Source: Flavobacteriales bacterium (GTDB lineage: Bacteria > Bacteroidota > Bacteroidia > Flavobacteriales_F > PHOS-HE28). From it: a DNA stretch of 64,000 nucleotides. A program made the translations under genes and the position numbers. Location: positions 23,776-87,775 of the forward strand of contig DAOKZW010000006.1 in NCBI GenBank assembly GCA_035325445.1. The letters run 5' to 3'. Every line of letters starts with the position of its first letter. The first letter of the stretch is position 1. Under the pieces are notes generated by a model. That model had not been told where the DNA came from. It saw only the letters and a program-made list of their open reading frames with translations, and searched no databases. Positions 20,692-30,809 of the stretch are shown here, piece by piece.

Positions 20692-22329
20692 CTACTTGCT
20701 GCCCAACACCTGCAGGTGGCCGGTGTATTCCTTGTCCATCACGCGGACGATGTAGAAATACACGCCATCGTGCAAGCCCTTGGCCGAGTAGTTGTTCTGG
20801 TAATTCTGCGCACTGAACACCTCCTGCCCCCAGCGATTGAAGATCTGGACGTTGTTGTCCCGCCCTTGTATGCCCTCGATCACGAACTTGTCGTTGTGAC
20901 CGTCATTGTTGGGGGTGATGACGTTGGGGATGATGACTTGGCAGCCGGCATCGACCACCACTTGTGTCGCCACCTGCTTGGGGCACTGGTCCGAGGCATA
21001 AATGGTGTAAGCTCCGTTCTGCGTGCCCGGCACGTACACCACATTGGATTGGAGCGTATCGCCCCATGCCAGCACTACTTGGCCGAAGCCCCCTGTGGCC
21101 GTGGCGTACAGGGGAATGGAATCCTTGTCGCATTGCAACAGGAAATACGGCTCCGTGTGGATGGTGATGGGGGTATAGTCCAAGATGGCCAGCATGGCCG
21201 AATTGATCAATGTATCCCCGCAGGTATTCACGGCAAACAGGTTCATCACGGCCGTTTCGATACCTTCGCTCAGGCCATCTTCATAGGCCTCAAAGGGAAC
21301 GATCACCGAATCCTGCCCGGCCGGTATGATGATCGGGGTCGGGATGGTGTTATAGTCCACTCCTTCGGTGGCCGTTCCGGTCATGAAGAAGTTGATGGTC
21401 ATGGTGCTGTCCGTGCCTTGCGGGCGGAAGATGGTAAAGTGCCCCCCTTGGCATCCTTCGGCGGTGGTGGCATCGCCGTAAAACGTGGCTGCGGTAATGG
21501 GCGGCAGGGCCCCGCTGGATTGGAAGCTTCCTGCTTGGAGGAACACGGCCGAGTCATAGCTCGAATCGCCCGCATCGCCGATGGCCAGCTTGATGTGGTA
21601 GGTCTCCCCGCAGATCACTTGGGCCTCCGCGCGCAGCACGGTGGTGAATCCGTTCAGCACGATGCTGGTCCCGTTGGCGTTGCTCACGTAATACTGCTGG
21701 TTGGAGGGCGGGCAGCCCACATTCTCGGACCCATGGATATTGGCAATGCTCACGGGCAGCGTGGTCCCCGGCACCAGGGCGATGTTGATCGCATTGTTCG
21801 TGTAAGGCCCGTTGATGCCCGGTCCGCTCAGGAAGAAGCCGAACACGTCATTGAAGGATGGACTGCAGTTGTACGTGGGGTACTCCTCGGAACCGAACAC
21901 GTAGCTGAACTGCAGGGAATCGCCGCTGGGGATAAAATCGAACTCAAGGACGGACCGGTCGTTGATGGAAGTTCCGCCACCTTGGGTGGTGAGTTGCACC
22001 AGGTCGGGGTCGGAGCCGGTACCCAGTGCATCGCCCATGAACTGGCTGGCAGGCCCGGGGATTGAAGCTGGTTGGCCGGAGGAAAGGATCAATCCGGAAG
22101 TGATCCCCAGGTTGGTGATATTCCCGTTGGTAAAGGCACCCGATCCTGGTTGCGGGGTGGTCACGGCCACGCCGTTGTATGTTACGTTGGTGACGGTCAC
22201 ACCCCCGCCCACGAGGTATTGCTGTACCAGGTCCAGCGGGCTCAGCGAGGTGTTCACGTTCAACTGTGCCGCCAGGGGTAGTGCGGCCGCGGTTGAAAGC
22301 ACGAGTAGGGTTTTTCTCAACATTCTCAT
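20692..22329 (-). CDS. T9SS type-B C-terminal sorting-domain protein with choice-of-anchor-L domain
   Basis: Signal peptide MRMLRKTLLVLSTAAALPLAAQ. Choice-of-anchor-L signature (FGSEEYPTYNCSPSFNDVFGFFLSGPGI). C-terminal gliding/T9SS sorting domain (IIPNVITPNNDGHNDKFVIEGI...NRWGQEVF). Confidence 0.8.
   Translation of the reverse strand: MRMLRKTLLVLSTAAALPLAAQLNVNTSLSPLDLVQQYLVGGGVTVTNVTYNGVAVTTPQPGSGAFTNGNITNLGITSGLILSSGQPASIPGPASQFMGDALGTGSDPDLVQLTTQGGGTSINDRSVLEFDFIPSGDSLQFSYVFGSEEYPTYNCSPSFNDVFGFFLSGPGINGPYTNNAINIALVPGTTLPVSIANIHGSENVGCPPSNQQYYVSNANGTSIVLNGFTTVLRAEAQVICGETYHIKLAIGDAGDSSYDSAVFLQAGSFQSSGALPPITAATFYGDATTAEGCQGGHFTIFRPQGTDSTMTINFFMTGTATEGVDYNTIPTPIIIPAGQDSVIVPFEAYEDGLSEGIETAVMNLFAVNTCGDTLINSAMLAILDYTPITIHTEPYFLLQCDKDSIPLYATATGGFGQVVLAWGDTLQSNVVYVPGTQNGAYTIYASDQCPKQVATQVVVDAGCQVIIPNVITPNNDGHNDKFVIEGIQGRDNNVQIFNRWGQEVFSAQNYQNNYSAKGLHDGVYFYIVRVMDKEYTGHLQVLGSK
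21280..22240. repeat. tandem paralogous block, copy 1 (choice-of-anchor-L coding region), ~85% nt identity to 23950-24920
   Basis: Hand alignment of 21540-21725 against 24200-24385 shows long near-identical runs. Boundaries are approximate. Confidence 0.6.
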
Positions 22330-22339
22330 GGGTTTGGGG

Positions 22340-24997
22340 TCAGCGGTTCCGCGATCCGCGGAGCAAGGTAACATGGCCGTACTTCTCGTTGGCCTCAAAA
22401 TAATGGCCTTTCGCGCGATATTTATATACGTATACCCCGGTCGTGGCCTCGGGGCCGCCATTCACCGTCCCGTCCCATTGTTGATTGGGGTCGTCGGATT
22501 CAAACACCTTGTGGTTCCACCGGTCGAAGATGACCAGATGGTATTGCTCAATGGAATTGTATACCGGTCCGAAGGTATCGTTGATGCCATCCCCGTCCGG
22601 GGTGAATGCATTGGGGAAGAAAATGGTGGCCGGCGGTTTCACCAGCAGGCTGTCCCTGGCCTCACAGCCCTCTTGGCTCACGGTGTACAGCGTCACCCAG
22701 TGTTCCTCGAGGTCGACATAGGTATGTGCCACCGATCTGTCCTTCACGATGGTTCCATCACCGAGGTCCCAGATCATGACCGGCACGTAATGTGGTATGG
22801 TGGTGGCTTGGAACAACCAATCATCCTGTCCACCGAGATTGTAGATGAGGATCTCCGTTTCGGGATGTTGCACGGTAACATGGGTCCGGGCAGTCGCGAA
22901 TTCCCCGCAATGATCGAATGCGTTCACCGTGAATATCTGGTCCTCCTCACCATCGTAGAGCAGCTTCGGGTCGCTGTGGCCCCATCCTTCCCAATCCAGG
23001 ATGAAGGTGCCCGACCCCCCATGTACCCGGGCCCAAAGCACGATGGAATCCCCTGCACAAATGGTGCTGTCGGGGGTCAGTTCGATCCACATCGGCTGAT
23101 ACCTGGGATAGAAAGTATGGAAGACCGAACCAGCGGAATAGCCGCACTGGTCATGCACATGCAGCACATAGCTGGCATCGGTGGGCACGCCCACCTGCAA
23201 GGTGTCCGCATTGCTCAAGATGGCCCCCAATGCATTGGTCCATTGGTAGGTATACACGCCGTTGCCGCCGGTTACGGCAAATGGGAAGAGCACGACGGTA
23301 TCGCCGATGCAGAACACGGTGGTGTCCCATGACAGGATCTGTATGTCCGGCAACGGAGCTGTTGACACCAGCACCGAATCCATGGCCGATGCACCGCACC
23401 CATCGGTCACCGTGACCACATACCAGATCGGGTCGGAGGCCGGCACGTTCAGCGTGGGGTTGCTTCCCACCACGAGCCCGCCCTGGGTCCATTGGTACGC
23501 GTAGTTACCATCGCCCCCCGTGGCTTGGTCCACGGTGATGTTCTCGTTGCCCAGGCACGGCACGGCGACATCGGGGCTCGCCGTCACATTCATGGGGGCG
23601 TAATAGGGAATGATCACGGTTATGCTGTCCAGTACGGAAGGCACACTGCACGTATCAGAGACCGTGACGTAGAATGTGGTTGTTTCCTCCACGCTCACAC
23701 TGATGGTGGCGGTGGTGTCCCCCGTGCTCCACAGGTATCTATGCAGGCCGGTACCCCCGGCCACTTGGGGGCCTATCAGGTAGGTCTGGCCACATATCCC
23801 GTTCACATCATTGGTGACCACGTCCAATTCCGGATATTGGTCGATGTAGAACGTATAATCGTTCACCACCTGCATACCGCTGCACACGATGTTCTGGCTG
23901 ATATTGATGGTGATGGTCTCCAGCCCGTCCGCATCATAGGGTATGGTGAGCGGGAAGACGAGGCTCGTATCGCCGGGTTGGAAGATGATCTGTGGCGGGA
24001 AGGGTGGGATGTAATCCACCCCGGGGGTTGCTGTACCGCCGACCAGCAGGGTCACCGTATCCACATTGGCCGTATCGCCCAAGCGATGGAAGGTGAACGG
24101 GATCACCCCGCACCCCTCGAACATGGTGGTGTCATTCATGGCCAGGCCGGCACCGACGACATCGAGGGAGGGTACCACCTGTCCCGAGCTGGCAAAGCTT
24201 CCCGCCTGCAGGAACACGGCCGAGTCATAGCTGGAGTCGCCGGCATCACCGATGGCGAGTTTAATGTGGTAGGTCTGTCCGCAGACCACCGCCGCCTCGG
24301 CGCGCAGCACGGTGGTTAGGCCGTCCAGTGCGATGTGGGGCCCGTTCCCGTTGTTCACGTAGTACTGCTGGTTGGCCGGGGGGCAGCCGAAGTTTTCGGG
24401 ACCATGGATATTGGCGATGCTCACCGGCAAAGTGGTCCCCGGCACCAGGGCGATATTGATCGCATTGTTCGTATAGGGCCCGTTGATGCCAGGCCCGCTC
24501 AGGAAAAAGCCGAACACATCGTTGTACTGCGGGCTGCAGTTGAACGTGGGGTACTCCTCCGACCCGAACACGTAGTTGAATTTGACCGAGTCACCGCTCG
24601 GAATGAAGTCGAACTCAAGCACGGACCGGTCGTTGATGGAGGTTCCACCACCTTGTATGGTAAGCTGTACCAGGTCCGGATCGGTGCCTGTGCCCAAGAC
24701 ATCGCTCATAAAGTTCATGGCCGACCCCGGGATGGACGATGCCAGGCCGGATGAGAGGATCAGGCCCGCGTCGATGCCCAGCACGGTGGAAGCGCCGTTT
24801 GTGAAGGAGCCGGACCCCTGTTGGGGCGTGGCCACCACCACGCCATTGAATTTCACATTGGAAATGGTGACCCCGCCGCCTAAAAGGACGTTCTCCACCA
24901 GCTGGGTCGGTGTCATGGCGGTGGACACGCTCAGCTGCGCCATTAGCGGGTTGCCCGCCGCAAGTAGCAGGCAACCGGAGATCAACAATGCACGCAT
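22340..24997 (-). CDS. T9SS type-B sorting-domain protein with choice-of-anchor-L domain plus Ig-like repeats (paralogue of 20692-22329)
   Basis: Start re-assigned to MRALLISGCLLLAAGNPLMAQ; the 218-aa upstream extension in the ORF track is antisense to the peptidase gene. Same N-terminal domain as its neighbour. C-terminal FFPNAFTPDGDGINDTF...NRWNHKVF sorting domain. Confidence 0.8.
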   Translation of the reverse strand: MRALLISGCLLLAAGNPLMAQLSVSTAMTPTQLVENVLLGGGVTISNVKFNGVVVATPQQGSGSFTNGASTVLGIDAGLILSSGLASSIPGSAMNFMSDVLGTGTDPDLVQLTIQGGGTSINDRSVLEFDFIPSGDSVKFNYVFGSEEYPTFNCSPQYNDVFGFFLSGPGINGPYTNNAINIALVPGTTLPVSIANIHGPENFGCPPANQQYYVNNGNGPHIALDGLTTVLRAEAAVVCGQTYHIKLAIGDAGDSSYDSAVFLQAGSFASSGQVVPSLDVVGAGLAMNDTTMFEGCGVIPFTFHRLGDTANVDTVTLLVGGTATPGVDYIPPFPPQIIFQPGDTSLVFPLTIPYDADGLETITINISQNIVCSGMQVVNDYTFYIDQYPELDVVTNDVNGICGQTYLIGPQVAGGTGLHRYLWSTGDTTATISVSVEETTTFYVTVSDTCSVPSVLDSITVIIPYYAPMNVTASPDVAVPCLGNENITVDQATGGDGNYAYQWTQGGLVVGSNPTLNVPASDPIWYVVTVTDGCGASAMDSVLVSTAPLPDIQILSWDTTVFCIGDTVVLFPFAVTGGNGVYTYQWTNALGAILSNADTLQVGVPTDASYVLHVHDQCGYSAGSVFHTFYPRYQPMWIELTPDSTICAGDSIVLWARVHGGSGTFILDWEGWGHSDPKLLYDGEEDQIFTVNAFDHCGEFATARTHVTVQHPETEILIYNLGGQDDWLFQATTIPHYVPVMIWDLGDGTIVKDRSVAHTYVDLEEHWVTLYTVSQEGCEARDSLLVKPPATIFFPNAFTPDGDGINDTFGPVYNSIEQYHLVIFDRWNHKVFESDDPNQQWDGTVNGGPEATTGVYVYKYRAKGHYFEANEKYGHVTLLRGSRNR
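23950..24920. repeat. tandem paralogous block, copy 2
   Basis: See copy 1. Confidence 0.6.
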
Positions 24998-25147
24998 GAA
25001 AAGGAAAAGGATGGGTGAGTGATGGGGGTGGGGTGGTCGATCAGCTATTATGACCCTCGATCGGTTGCTCAGGTTGCCCCGCCCAAAGAATAAACCCGCA
25101 GGCCATGCGGTCCTATCTTTGGCGGGCATCGAAAATAACCAGGATCC

Positions 25148-26518
25148 ATGACATCTGTCGACAAGCATATTGAAGCACACAAGGACCGTTTTTTGGATGA
25201 ATTGCTCGATCTGCTGCGGATCCCGAGCGTGAGCGCGGACCTGAAGTACAAGGGCGACGTGGCCCGGTGCGCCGATGCCGTGAAACAGCGGATGGAGGAA
25301 GCCGGCCTGGACAAGGTGGAGGTATGCCCCACGAAGGGGAACCCGATCGTCTATGGCGAGAAGATCATCGACCCGGCCAAGCCCACGGTATTGGTGTACG
25401 GCCACTACGATGTGCAACCGCCGGACCCGATGGAGCTTTGGGACAGTCCTCCCTTCGAGCCCGTGGTGAAGGACGGCATGATCTACGCGCGGGGCAGTGC
25501 CGACGACAAGGGTCAGTTCTATATGCACGTGAAGGCGGTCGAGGCCATGCTCCGCACGGAAGGACTGCCTTGCAACGTAAAGATGATGATCGAGGGCGAG
25601 GAGGAGGTGGGCTCGGAAAACCTGGGCACCTTCGTGAAGGAAAACAGGCAACGCCTGGCCGCGGACGTGGTGCTGATCAGCGACACCTCCATGCTGGCCA
25701 ACGACGTACCGAGCATCAATACGGGGCTACGTGGCCTGAGCTACGTGGAAGTGGAGGTGACCGGTCCCAACCGCGACCTGCATAGCGGCGTTTACGGCGG
25801 GGCTGTGGCCAATCCGATCAACGTGCTGTGCGACCTGATCAGCAGCCTGCATGACAAGGACCGCCGGATCACCATCCCCGGTTTCTATGATGCTGTGCGG
25901 GAGCTGGGCACGGCGGAACGCGCCGAGCTCGCCAAGGCTCCCTTCAACGAAAAGGAATTCATGGCGGACCTCGGTATCGGTGCCGTACAGGGCGAAAAAG
26001 ACTACACCTCGCCGGAACGCAGCTCCATCCGGCCCACGCTGGACGTGAACGGCATTTGGGGCGGATACATCGGTGAGGGGGCCAAGACCGTGCTGCCGTC
26101 CAAGGCCTACGCGAAGATCAGCATGCGCCTGGTGCCCGACCAGAAGAACGAGGAGATCAGCCGGCTCTTCAAGGCCCATTTCGAAAAGATCGCGCCGCCG
26201 CATGTAACGGTGGAAGTGAGGCTGCTGCACGGCGGCGAAGCGGCGGTCACCCCCACGGACAGCGTGGCATACCGGGCGGCCAGCCTGGCCATGGAAGAGA
26301 CTTTCGGCAAGAAGCCCATCCCCACGCGCGGTGGCGGCAGCATTCCCATTGTGGCACTGTTCGAAGAGGTGCTGGGCCTGAAGACCATCCTGCTGGGGTT
26401 TGGCCTTGACAGCGACAACATCCACAGCCCCAACGAGCGGTACGGCATCTTCAACTACATGATCGGCATCCGCACCATTCCCCGGTTCTACAAGCACTTC
26501 GCGGAACTCTCGAAGTGA
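25148..26518 (+). CDS. M20-family metallopeptidase (dipeptidase / ArgE-DapE-like)
   Basis: M20 pattern: HYDVQPPDP, GSADDKGQ, EGEEEVGS. 456 aa. Confidence 0.8.
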   Translation: MTSVDKHIEAHKDRFLDELLDLLRIPSVSADLKYKGDVARCADAVKQRMEEAGLDKVEVCPTKGNPIVYGEKIIDPAKPTVLVYGHYDVQPPDPMELWDSPPFEPVVKDGMIYARGSADDKGQFYMHVKAVEAMLRTEGLPCNVKMMIEGEEEVGSENLGTFVKENRQRLAADVVLISDTSMLANDVPSINTGLRGLSYVEVEVTGPNRDLHSGVYGGAVANPINVLCDLISSLHDKDRRITIPGFYDAVRELGTAERAELAKAPFNEKEFMADLGIGAVQGEKDYTSPERSSIRPTLDVNGIWGGYIGEGAKTVLPSKAYAKISMRLVPDQKNEEISRLFKAHFEKIAPPHVTVEVRLLHGGEAAVTPTDSVAYRAASLAMEETFGKKPIPTRGGGSIPIVALFEEVLGLKTILLGFGLDSDNIHSPNERYGIFNYMIGIRTIPRFYKHFAELSK

Positions 26519-26553
26519 AGCCCGGCGGGCGAACCTGATCTTCGGCACAAACG

Positions 26554-27045
26554 TTGAAGGAGGCCCGGATAATGGATTTCCTCCGACCGATCAACGCCCT
26601 GAGGTCCCTTGGCCTCTTCCTGTTGCTCACCACGCTGGTAGGTTGCATGCGGTACAGCGAGGTGGAGTTGTTGGCCATCCGCGATACGCAGCTAACGCAG
26701 ATGGATGTCAATGGCATGGAAGCAACGGTATCCATGGAGATCTCCAATCCGAACAACTACCGGATCCAAGTGATGGACCCCGATGTGGACCTGTTCCTGA
26801 ACGGCACGGCCGTGGGCAAGGCCACCCTGGACAGCGTGGTGGTGCTGGAACCGCGGAGCACCCGCGTGTACAGCATCCCCTTGCGCGCCACATTCAACCA
26901 AAGCGGCGTCATGCTTCCCCTGCTTTTGGGTTCGGCCATGACCGGCACCATGCACCTGAAGGCGCAAGGCACCGTGGTCGGCAAGGCGCGGTCCCTGCGC
27001 AAGCGGTTCCCGTTCGAGGTGGAACAGGAGATCAGTCTCCGTTGA
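26554..27045 (+). CDS. LEA_2 / WHy-like lipoprotein
   Basis: Lipoprotein signal LLLTTLVGC. NPNNY motif in a beta-rich ~130-aa domain typical of LEA14-like proteins. Alternative start at 26572. Confidence 0.45.
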   Translation: MKEARIMDFLRPINALRSLGLFLLLTTLVGCMRYSEVELLAIRDTQLTQMDVNGMEATVSMEISNPNNYRIQVMDPDVDLFLNGTAVGKATLDSVVVLEPRSTRVYSIPLRATFNQSGVMLPLLLGSAMTGTMHLKAQGTVVGKARSLRKRFPFEVEQEISLR

Positions 27046-27562
27046 ACGGCCCGGCATGCCCGTCCAAAATCTCCACGTAGGAGGTGAGCACCCACATGCC
27101 GAGCGCTCCCTTGGCCAAGCCGAACGCCGCATCGCCGGGCTTGGTCTGTAACATTACAAAGCCGTCCTCGGCCGTCCATTCGGCATCCTCGTCCCTGAAC
27201 CGGGCGGGCCACGGCAAATGGGCCGGCAGCTCCCGGTGCTCGCGGAAGTAGTGCACCAGGTTGATGTCCCTTCCACCGGATACCAGGATCATCTGCTCGG
27301 GCCCGTGGAAAGCGTAATTGATCCACAGGCCGGCACCGAACAACGCAGGGCCGATGGCCAGCAGATTGAACCAGAGCCAATCACCGGCATCCATGTGCAG
27401 CTGCCTGCGGCCCCACCCTGCCGGCCACAGGTTGCCGGCCAGCGCAAACAGGACGAACCAGCGCAGGATGGTGGACCACGGCACCAAGGTGCGTTCCACC
27501 AGCAGGAAGAACACCACCGGCACGGACAGGAGGCCGAAGGCCATCACGGTGTTGGTCCACAT
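27032..27562 (-). CDS. hypothetical multi-pass membrane protein
   Basis: Start chosen at [21 protein letters not shown]; four predicted TM segments. Function unknown. Confidence 0.4.
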   Translation of the reverse strand: MWTNTVMAFGLLSVPVVFFLLVERTLVPWSTILRWFVLFALAGNLWPAGWGRRQLHMDAGDWLWFNLLAIGPALFGAGLWINYAFHGPEQMILVSGGRDINLVHYFREHRELPAHLPWPARFRDEDAEWTAEDGFVMLQTKPGDAAFGLAKGALGMWVLTSYVEILDGHAGPFNGD

Positions 27563-27657
27563 GGGCGGTTCGGGCCGCCGATCAACCTTTGGGTGTTGAC
27601 GGGCACGGCTTCCGGGCGGTCGGAGCCGCCATCCGTCATCCCTACCTTTATCCATTG

Positions 27658-29763
27658 ATGCGCACGGGTTGCCCGGCATCAAGCCTTTTGTCGGTACTGC
27701 TGCTGTTCACCGGCTGCAGCACCGGCCAACCACCCGTTAAAGATACCATGCCCACCCACACCAACCGCCTGGCCGGCGAAACCAGTCCCTACCTGCTGCA
27801 GCACGCACACAACCCGGTGGACTGGTATCCGTGGGGGGAGGAGGCCTTCGCCAAGGCCAAGGCGGAGAACAAGCTTGTGCTGGTGAGCATCGGGTACAGC
27901 ACGTGCCACTGGTGCCATGTGATGGAGCGCGAAAGCTTCGAGAACGAGGACGTGGCCCGGCTGATGAACGACCGGTTTGTATGCATCAAGGTGGATCGCG
28001 AGGAGCGGCCGGACGTGGACCAGGTGTACATGACCGCCGTGCAGCTGATGACGGGCCGCGGCGGATGGCCGTTGAACTGCTTCACCCTGCCCGACGGCCG
28101 GCCCGTGTACGGCGGCACCTACTTCCCCACAGAACAATGGACGCAGGTGCTGGAAAGCCTGCACCGCACTTGGAAGGACGAGCCGGGCAAGGTGCTGGAA
28201 TACGCCGGCCGCCTGCATACAGGAGTGACCCGGAGCGACCTGATCACCCTGAACACGGATCCGCCGGACTTCACGCGCAGGCAGGTGGATCAGCTGGCGG
28301 ATGCCTTGGAGCAGCATTTCGACACCGCTTGGGGCGGTCCCGACCGGGCCCCCAAGTTCCCGATGCCCAACAACTACACGTTCCTCCTGCGCTATGCGGC
28401 CACCAGGGGGCGCAAGGCCATCGCCAAGCAGGTGCGCCTCACGCTGGACAAGATGGCCCAGGGCGGCATCTTCGACCAGGTGGGCGGGGGCTTCGCTCGC
28501 TACAGCACCGACATCAGCTGGAAGGTGCCGCATTTCGAGAAGATGCTGTACGACAACGCCCAGCTCATCTCCCTGTACGGCCTTGCCTACCAATACTTCC
28601 ACGACGAGGCCTACCGCGACGTGGTGGAGCGGACCTTGGGCTGGGCCCGCCGCGAGATGCTGTCCCCGGAAGGGCTCTGGTACAGCGGGCTGGATGCCGA
28701 TTCGGAAGGGGAAGAAGGGCTGTTCTACCTGTGGACCGAAAAGCAGCTCGACGAGGCACTGGGGGCTGATGCCGGGTTTGGCAAGGCATACTACAATGTG
28801 GGTGGCGAGGGCTTCTGGGAGGAAGGGCGCAACATCCTTCTGCGCACCATGGACGATGCCGCCTGCGCCCGCAAGCTCGGGCTCAGCCTACAGGAGCTCG
28901 CCACCCGCCGGGCCCGGGTGGATGCCAAGCTGCTCACGGAGCGCGAAAAGCGGGTCAGGCCGGGCTTGGACGACAAGGTGCTCACCTCGTGGAATGCCCT
29001 GATGGTGACCGCCCTGTGCGATGCGCACGATGCCTTGGGCCACGCCGAATACCTGGCCTTGGCCGAACGGACGATGCACACGCTGCTCACCACCTGCCGC
29101 CGGGACGATGGCGGGCTCTGGCACAGCTACACGAAGCGGGTGGCCGCGATCAACGGGTACCTGGAGGACTACAGTTTCACCATCGAGGCACTCCTGTCGT
29201 TGTACCAATGCACCTTCGACGAGTCGTGGCTCGCCGAGGCCCGCAAGTTGGCGGACTATGCGATCGACAACTTCCTGGACCAGGGCAGCGGCATGTTCCT
29301 GTTCACCAGCAAGCTGGACCCGCCCCTGATCGCGCGGAAGATGGAGGTGATGGACAACGTGATCCCCTCCTCCAACTCGAGCATGGCCAAAGGCTTGTTC
29401 GCCTTGGGGCACCTGTATGACGACCGCCGCCTGCTGGCGATCTGCAAGCAACAGCTCCACAACGTGGCGGCATCCATGGCCGACTACGCCGGCGGATACA
29501 CCAATTGGGCCCTGCTGCTGATGGACCATGTGTATCCGTGGTACGAGATCGCCATCACGGGGCCGGAGGCCATGGCCCGCAGGCAGGCCTTCAATGCGCA
29601 CTACATCCCCGGCCGGGTGTTCATGGGCGGCAGCCGGCCCGGCACATTGCCCCTGCTGGAGGACAAGCGTGCCGAAGGCACCACCACCATCTACGTCTGC
29701 GAGAACAAAGTATGCCGCCTGCCCGTGGCCAGCGTGGAGGAAGCCCTGTCACAGATCCGATGA
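27658..29763 (+). CDS. thioredoxin-domain (DUF255/YyaL-like) protein with C-terminal six-hairpin glycosidase-like domain; lipoprotein
   Basis: Signal [11 protein letters not shown]255 core [39 protein letters not shown]. ~700 aa, the size of this family. Confidence 0.85.
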   Translation: MRTGCPASSLLSVLLLFTGCSTGQPPVKDTMPTHTNRLAGETSPYLLQHAHNPVDWYPWGEEAFAKAKAENKLVLVSIGYSTCHWCHVMERESFENEDVARLMNDRFVCIKVDREERPDVDQVYMTAVQLMTGRGGWPLNCFTLPDGRPVYGGTYFPTEQWTQVLESLHRTWKDEPGKVLEYAGRLHTGVTRSDLITLNTDPPDFTRRQVDQLADALEQHFDTAWGGPDRAPKFPMPNNYTFLLRYAATRGRKAIAKQVRLTLDKMAQGGIFDQVGGGFARYSTDISWKVPHFEKMLYDNAQLISLYGLAYQYFHDEAYRDVVERTLGWARREMLSPEGLWYSGLDADSEGEEGLFYLWTEKQLDEALGADAGFGKAYYNVGGEGFWEEGRNILLRTMDDAACARKLGLSLQELATRRARVDAKLLTEREKRVRPGLDDKVLTSWNALMVTALCDAHDALGHAEYLALAERTMHTLLTTCRRDDGGLWHSYTKRVAAINGYLEDYSFTIEALLSLYQCTFDESWLAEARKLADYAIDNFLDQGSGMFLFTSKLDPPLIARKMEVMDNVIPSSNSSMAKGLFALGHLYDDRRLLAICKQQLHNVAASMADYAGGYTNWALLLMDHVYPWYEIAITGPEAMARRQAFNAHYIPGRVFMGGSRPGTLPLLEDKRAEGTTTIYVCENKVCRLPVASVEEALSQIR

Positions 29764-29807
29764 TGCCCACCTTGGCCCGAGCTTTGCGCCCTTGCAGCGC
29801 CCACCGC

Positions 29808-30776
29808 ATGAAAACACGACCGGCACGCCTAGCTGCCCTTCCGATCGCCCGTTGGGCCTTGCTCCTGCTGGTGCTGGCCATGGGGACGGCCGGCCATGCC
29901 CAGATATTGCTGGTCGGCCCGGGCACGGAAGATCCCGACATCCTGCACTTCAACACCGAGTTCATCGCCCGGAACGGGGTGCGCAGCGTGAAGGGCCAAG
30001 CCTGGGTGAAGCGGGACAACAAACCCATGTTGCCGCTGGACCGGCATTTCCAGTACCAGTTCGGCGAGGAAGGGCGCCTGGGCTACACCAACACTTCCTT
30101 TGGCAAAGCAGGCTCGGGCATGGATACCGCCTCGGTGATGTACAGCTACGATAACGAGGGACGGCTGCTCCAGGAACTGCACAATGACATCAACGGGTTC
30201 TATGCGCTGCGTTCCGAATACGACCGGGAAGGGCGGGCCACCAGGGTGACCAACGTGCGGTTGGAGAACCTGGGCGGTAACCGGTACCATTTCGTGGAAG
30301 GCCCTTCCACCATCATCAGCGATGAGCGCTATGAGTATCGCAAGCTGAGCGACACCACTTGGATGAAGACCTGGTTGAACGACAGGGGGCGCCCCTACCA
30401 AGAGGAAATGTTCACCTTGGATGGCTTGGGCTACTTGCGCCAAGTGGACCGCCGGAACCTGATCACCCAGCGGCGCGGCAGCATCACCTTCACCTACGAT
30501 GAAAAGGGCCGTTTGGAGGAGCGGAACGAACAGCCCGACCTGGCCGTGCAGCAAAGCACCACTTGGAAGTGGACCTACGACCAGGCGGGCAACCCGTTGA
30601 CGCGCGACCTATTCCGCAATGGCGTCCTGGCCCGGCACAGCGAATACCTGTATGCGGAGGGCACCCTGTTCCTGAAGGCCGTCATCACCAAGAACGACGA
30701 GACCAACGTGATCGACATCGTCCGTTACGAGACGGAACGGCGCAGCGCCTTGGCGGAACCGCTCAAGATGGACTGA
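29808..30776 (+). CDS. secreted protein with four YD (RHS-like) repeats
   Basis: Signal MKTRPARLAALPIARWALLLLVLAMGTAGHAQ. Repeats YSYDNEGRLLQ, EYDREGRATRV, FTYDEKGRLEER, WTYDQAGNPLTRD. An alternative start ATG at 29760 overlaps the upstream stop (ATGA). Confidence 0.5.
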   Translation: MKTRPARLAALPIARWALLLLVLAMGTAGHAQILLVGPGTEDPDILHFNTEFIARNGVRSVKGQAWVKRDNKPMLPLDRHFQYQFGEEGRLGYTNTSFGKAGSGMDTASVMYSYDNEGRLLQELHNDINGFYALRSEYDREGRATRVTNVRLENLGGNRYHFVEGPSTIISDERYEYRKLSDTTWMKTWLNDRGRPYQEEMFTLDGLGYLRQVDRRNLITQRRGSITFTYDEKGRLEERNEQPDLAVQQSTTWKWTYDQAGNPLTRDLFRNGVLARHSEYLYAEGTLFLKAVITKNDETNVIDIVRYETERRSALAEPLKMD

Positions 30777-30809
30777 CCCCTTTCGGGATCATTCGGCCGT
30801 GATACCGGC

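Noticed and set aside
24998-25651. 218-aa N-terminal extension of the second T9SS cargo ORF
   Set aside because: The extension is antisense to the M20 peptidase gene and lacks a signal peptide. A canonical signal peptide begins at MRALLISGC (start 24997).
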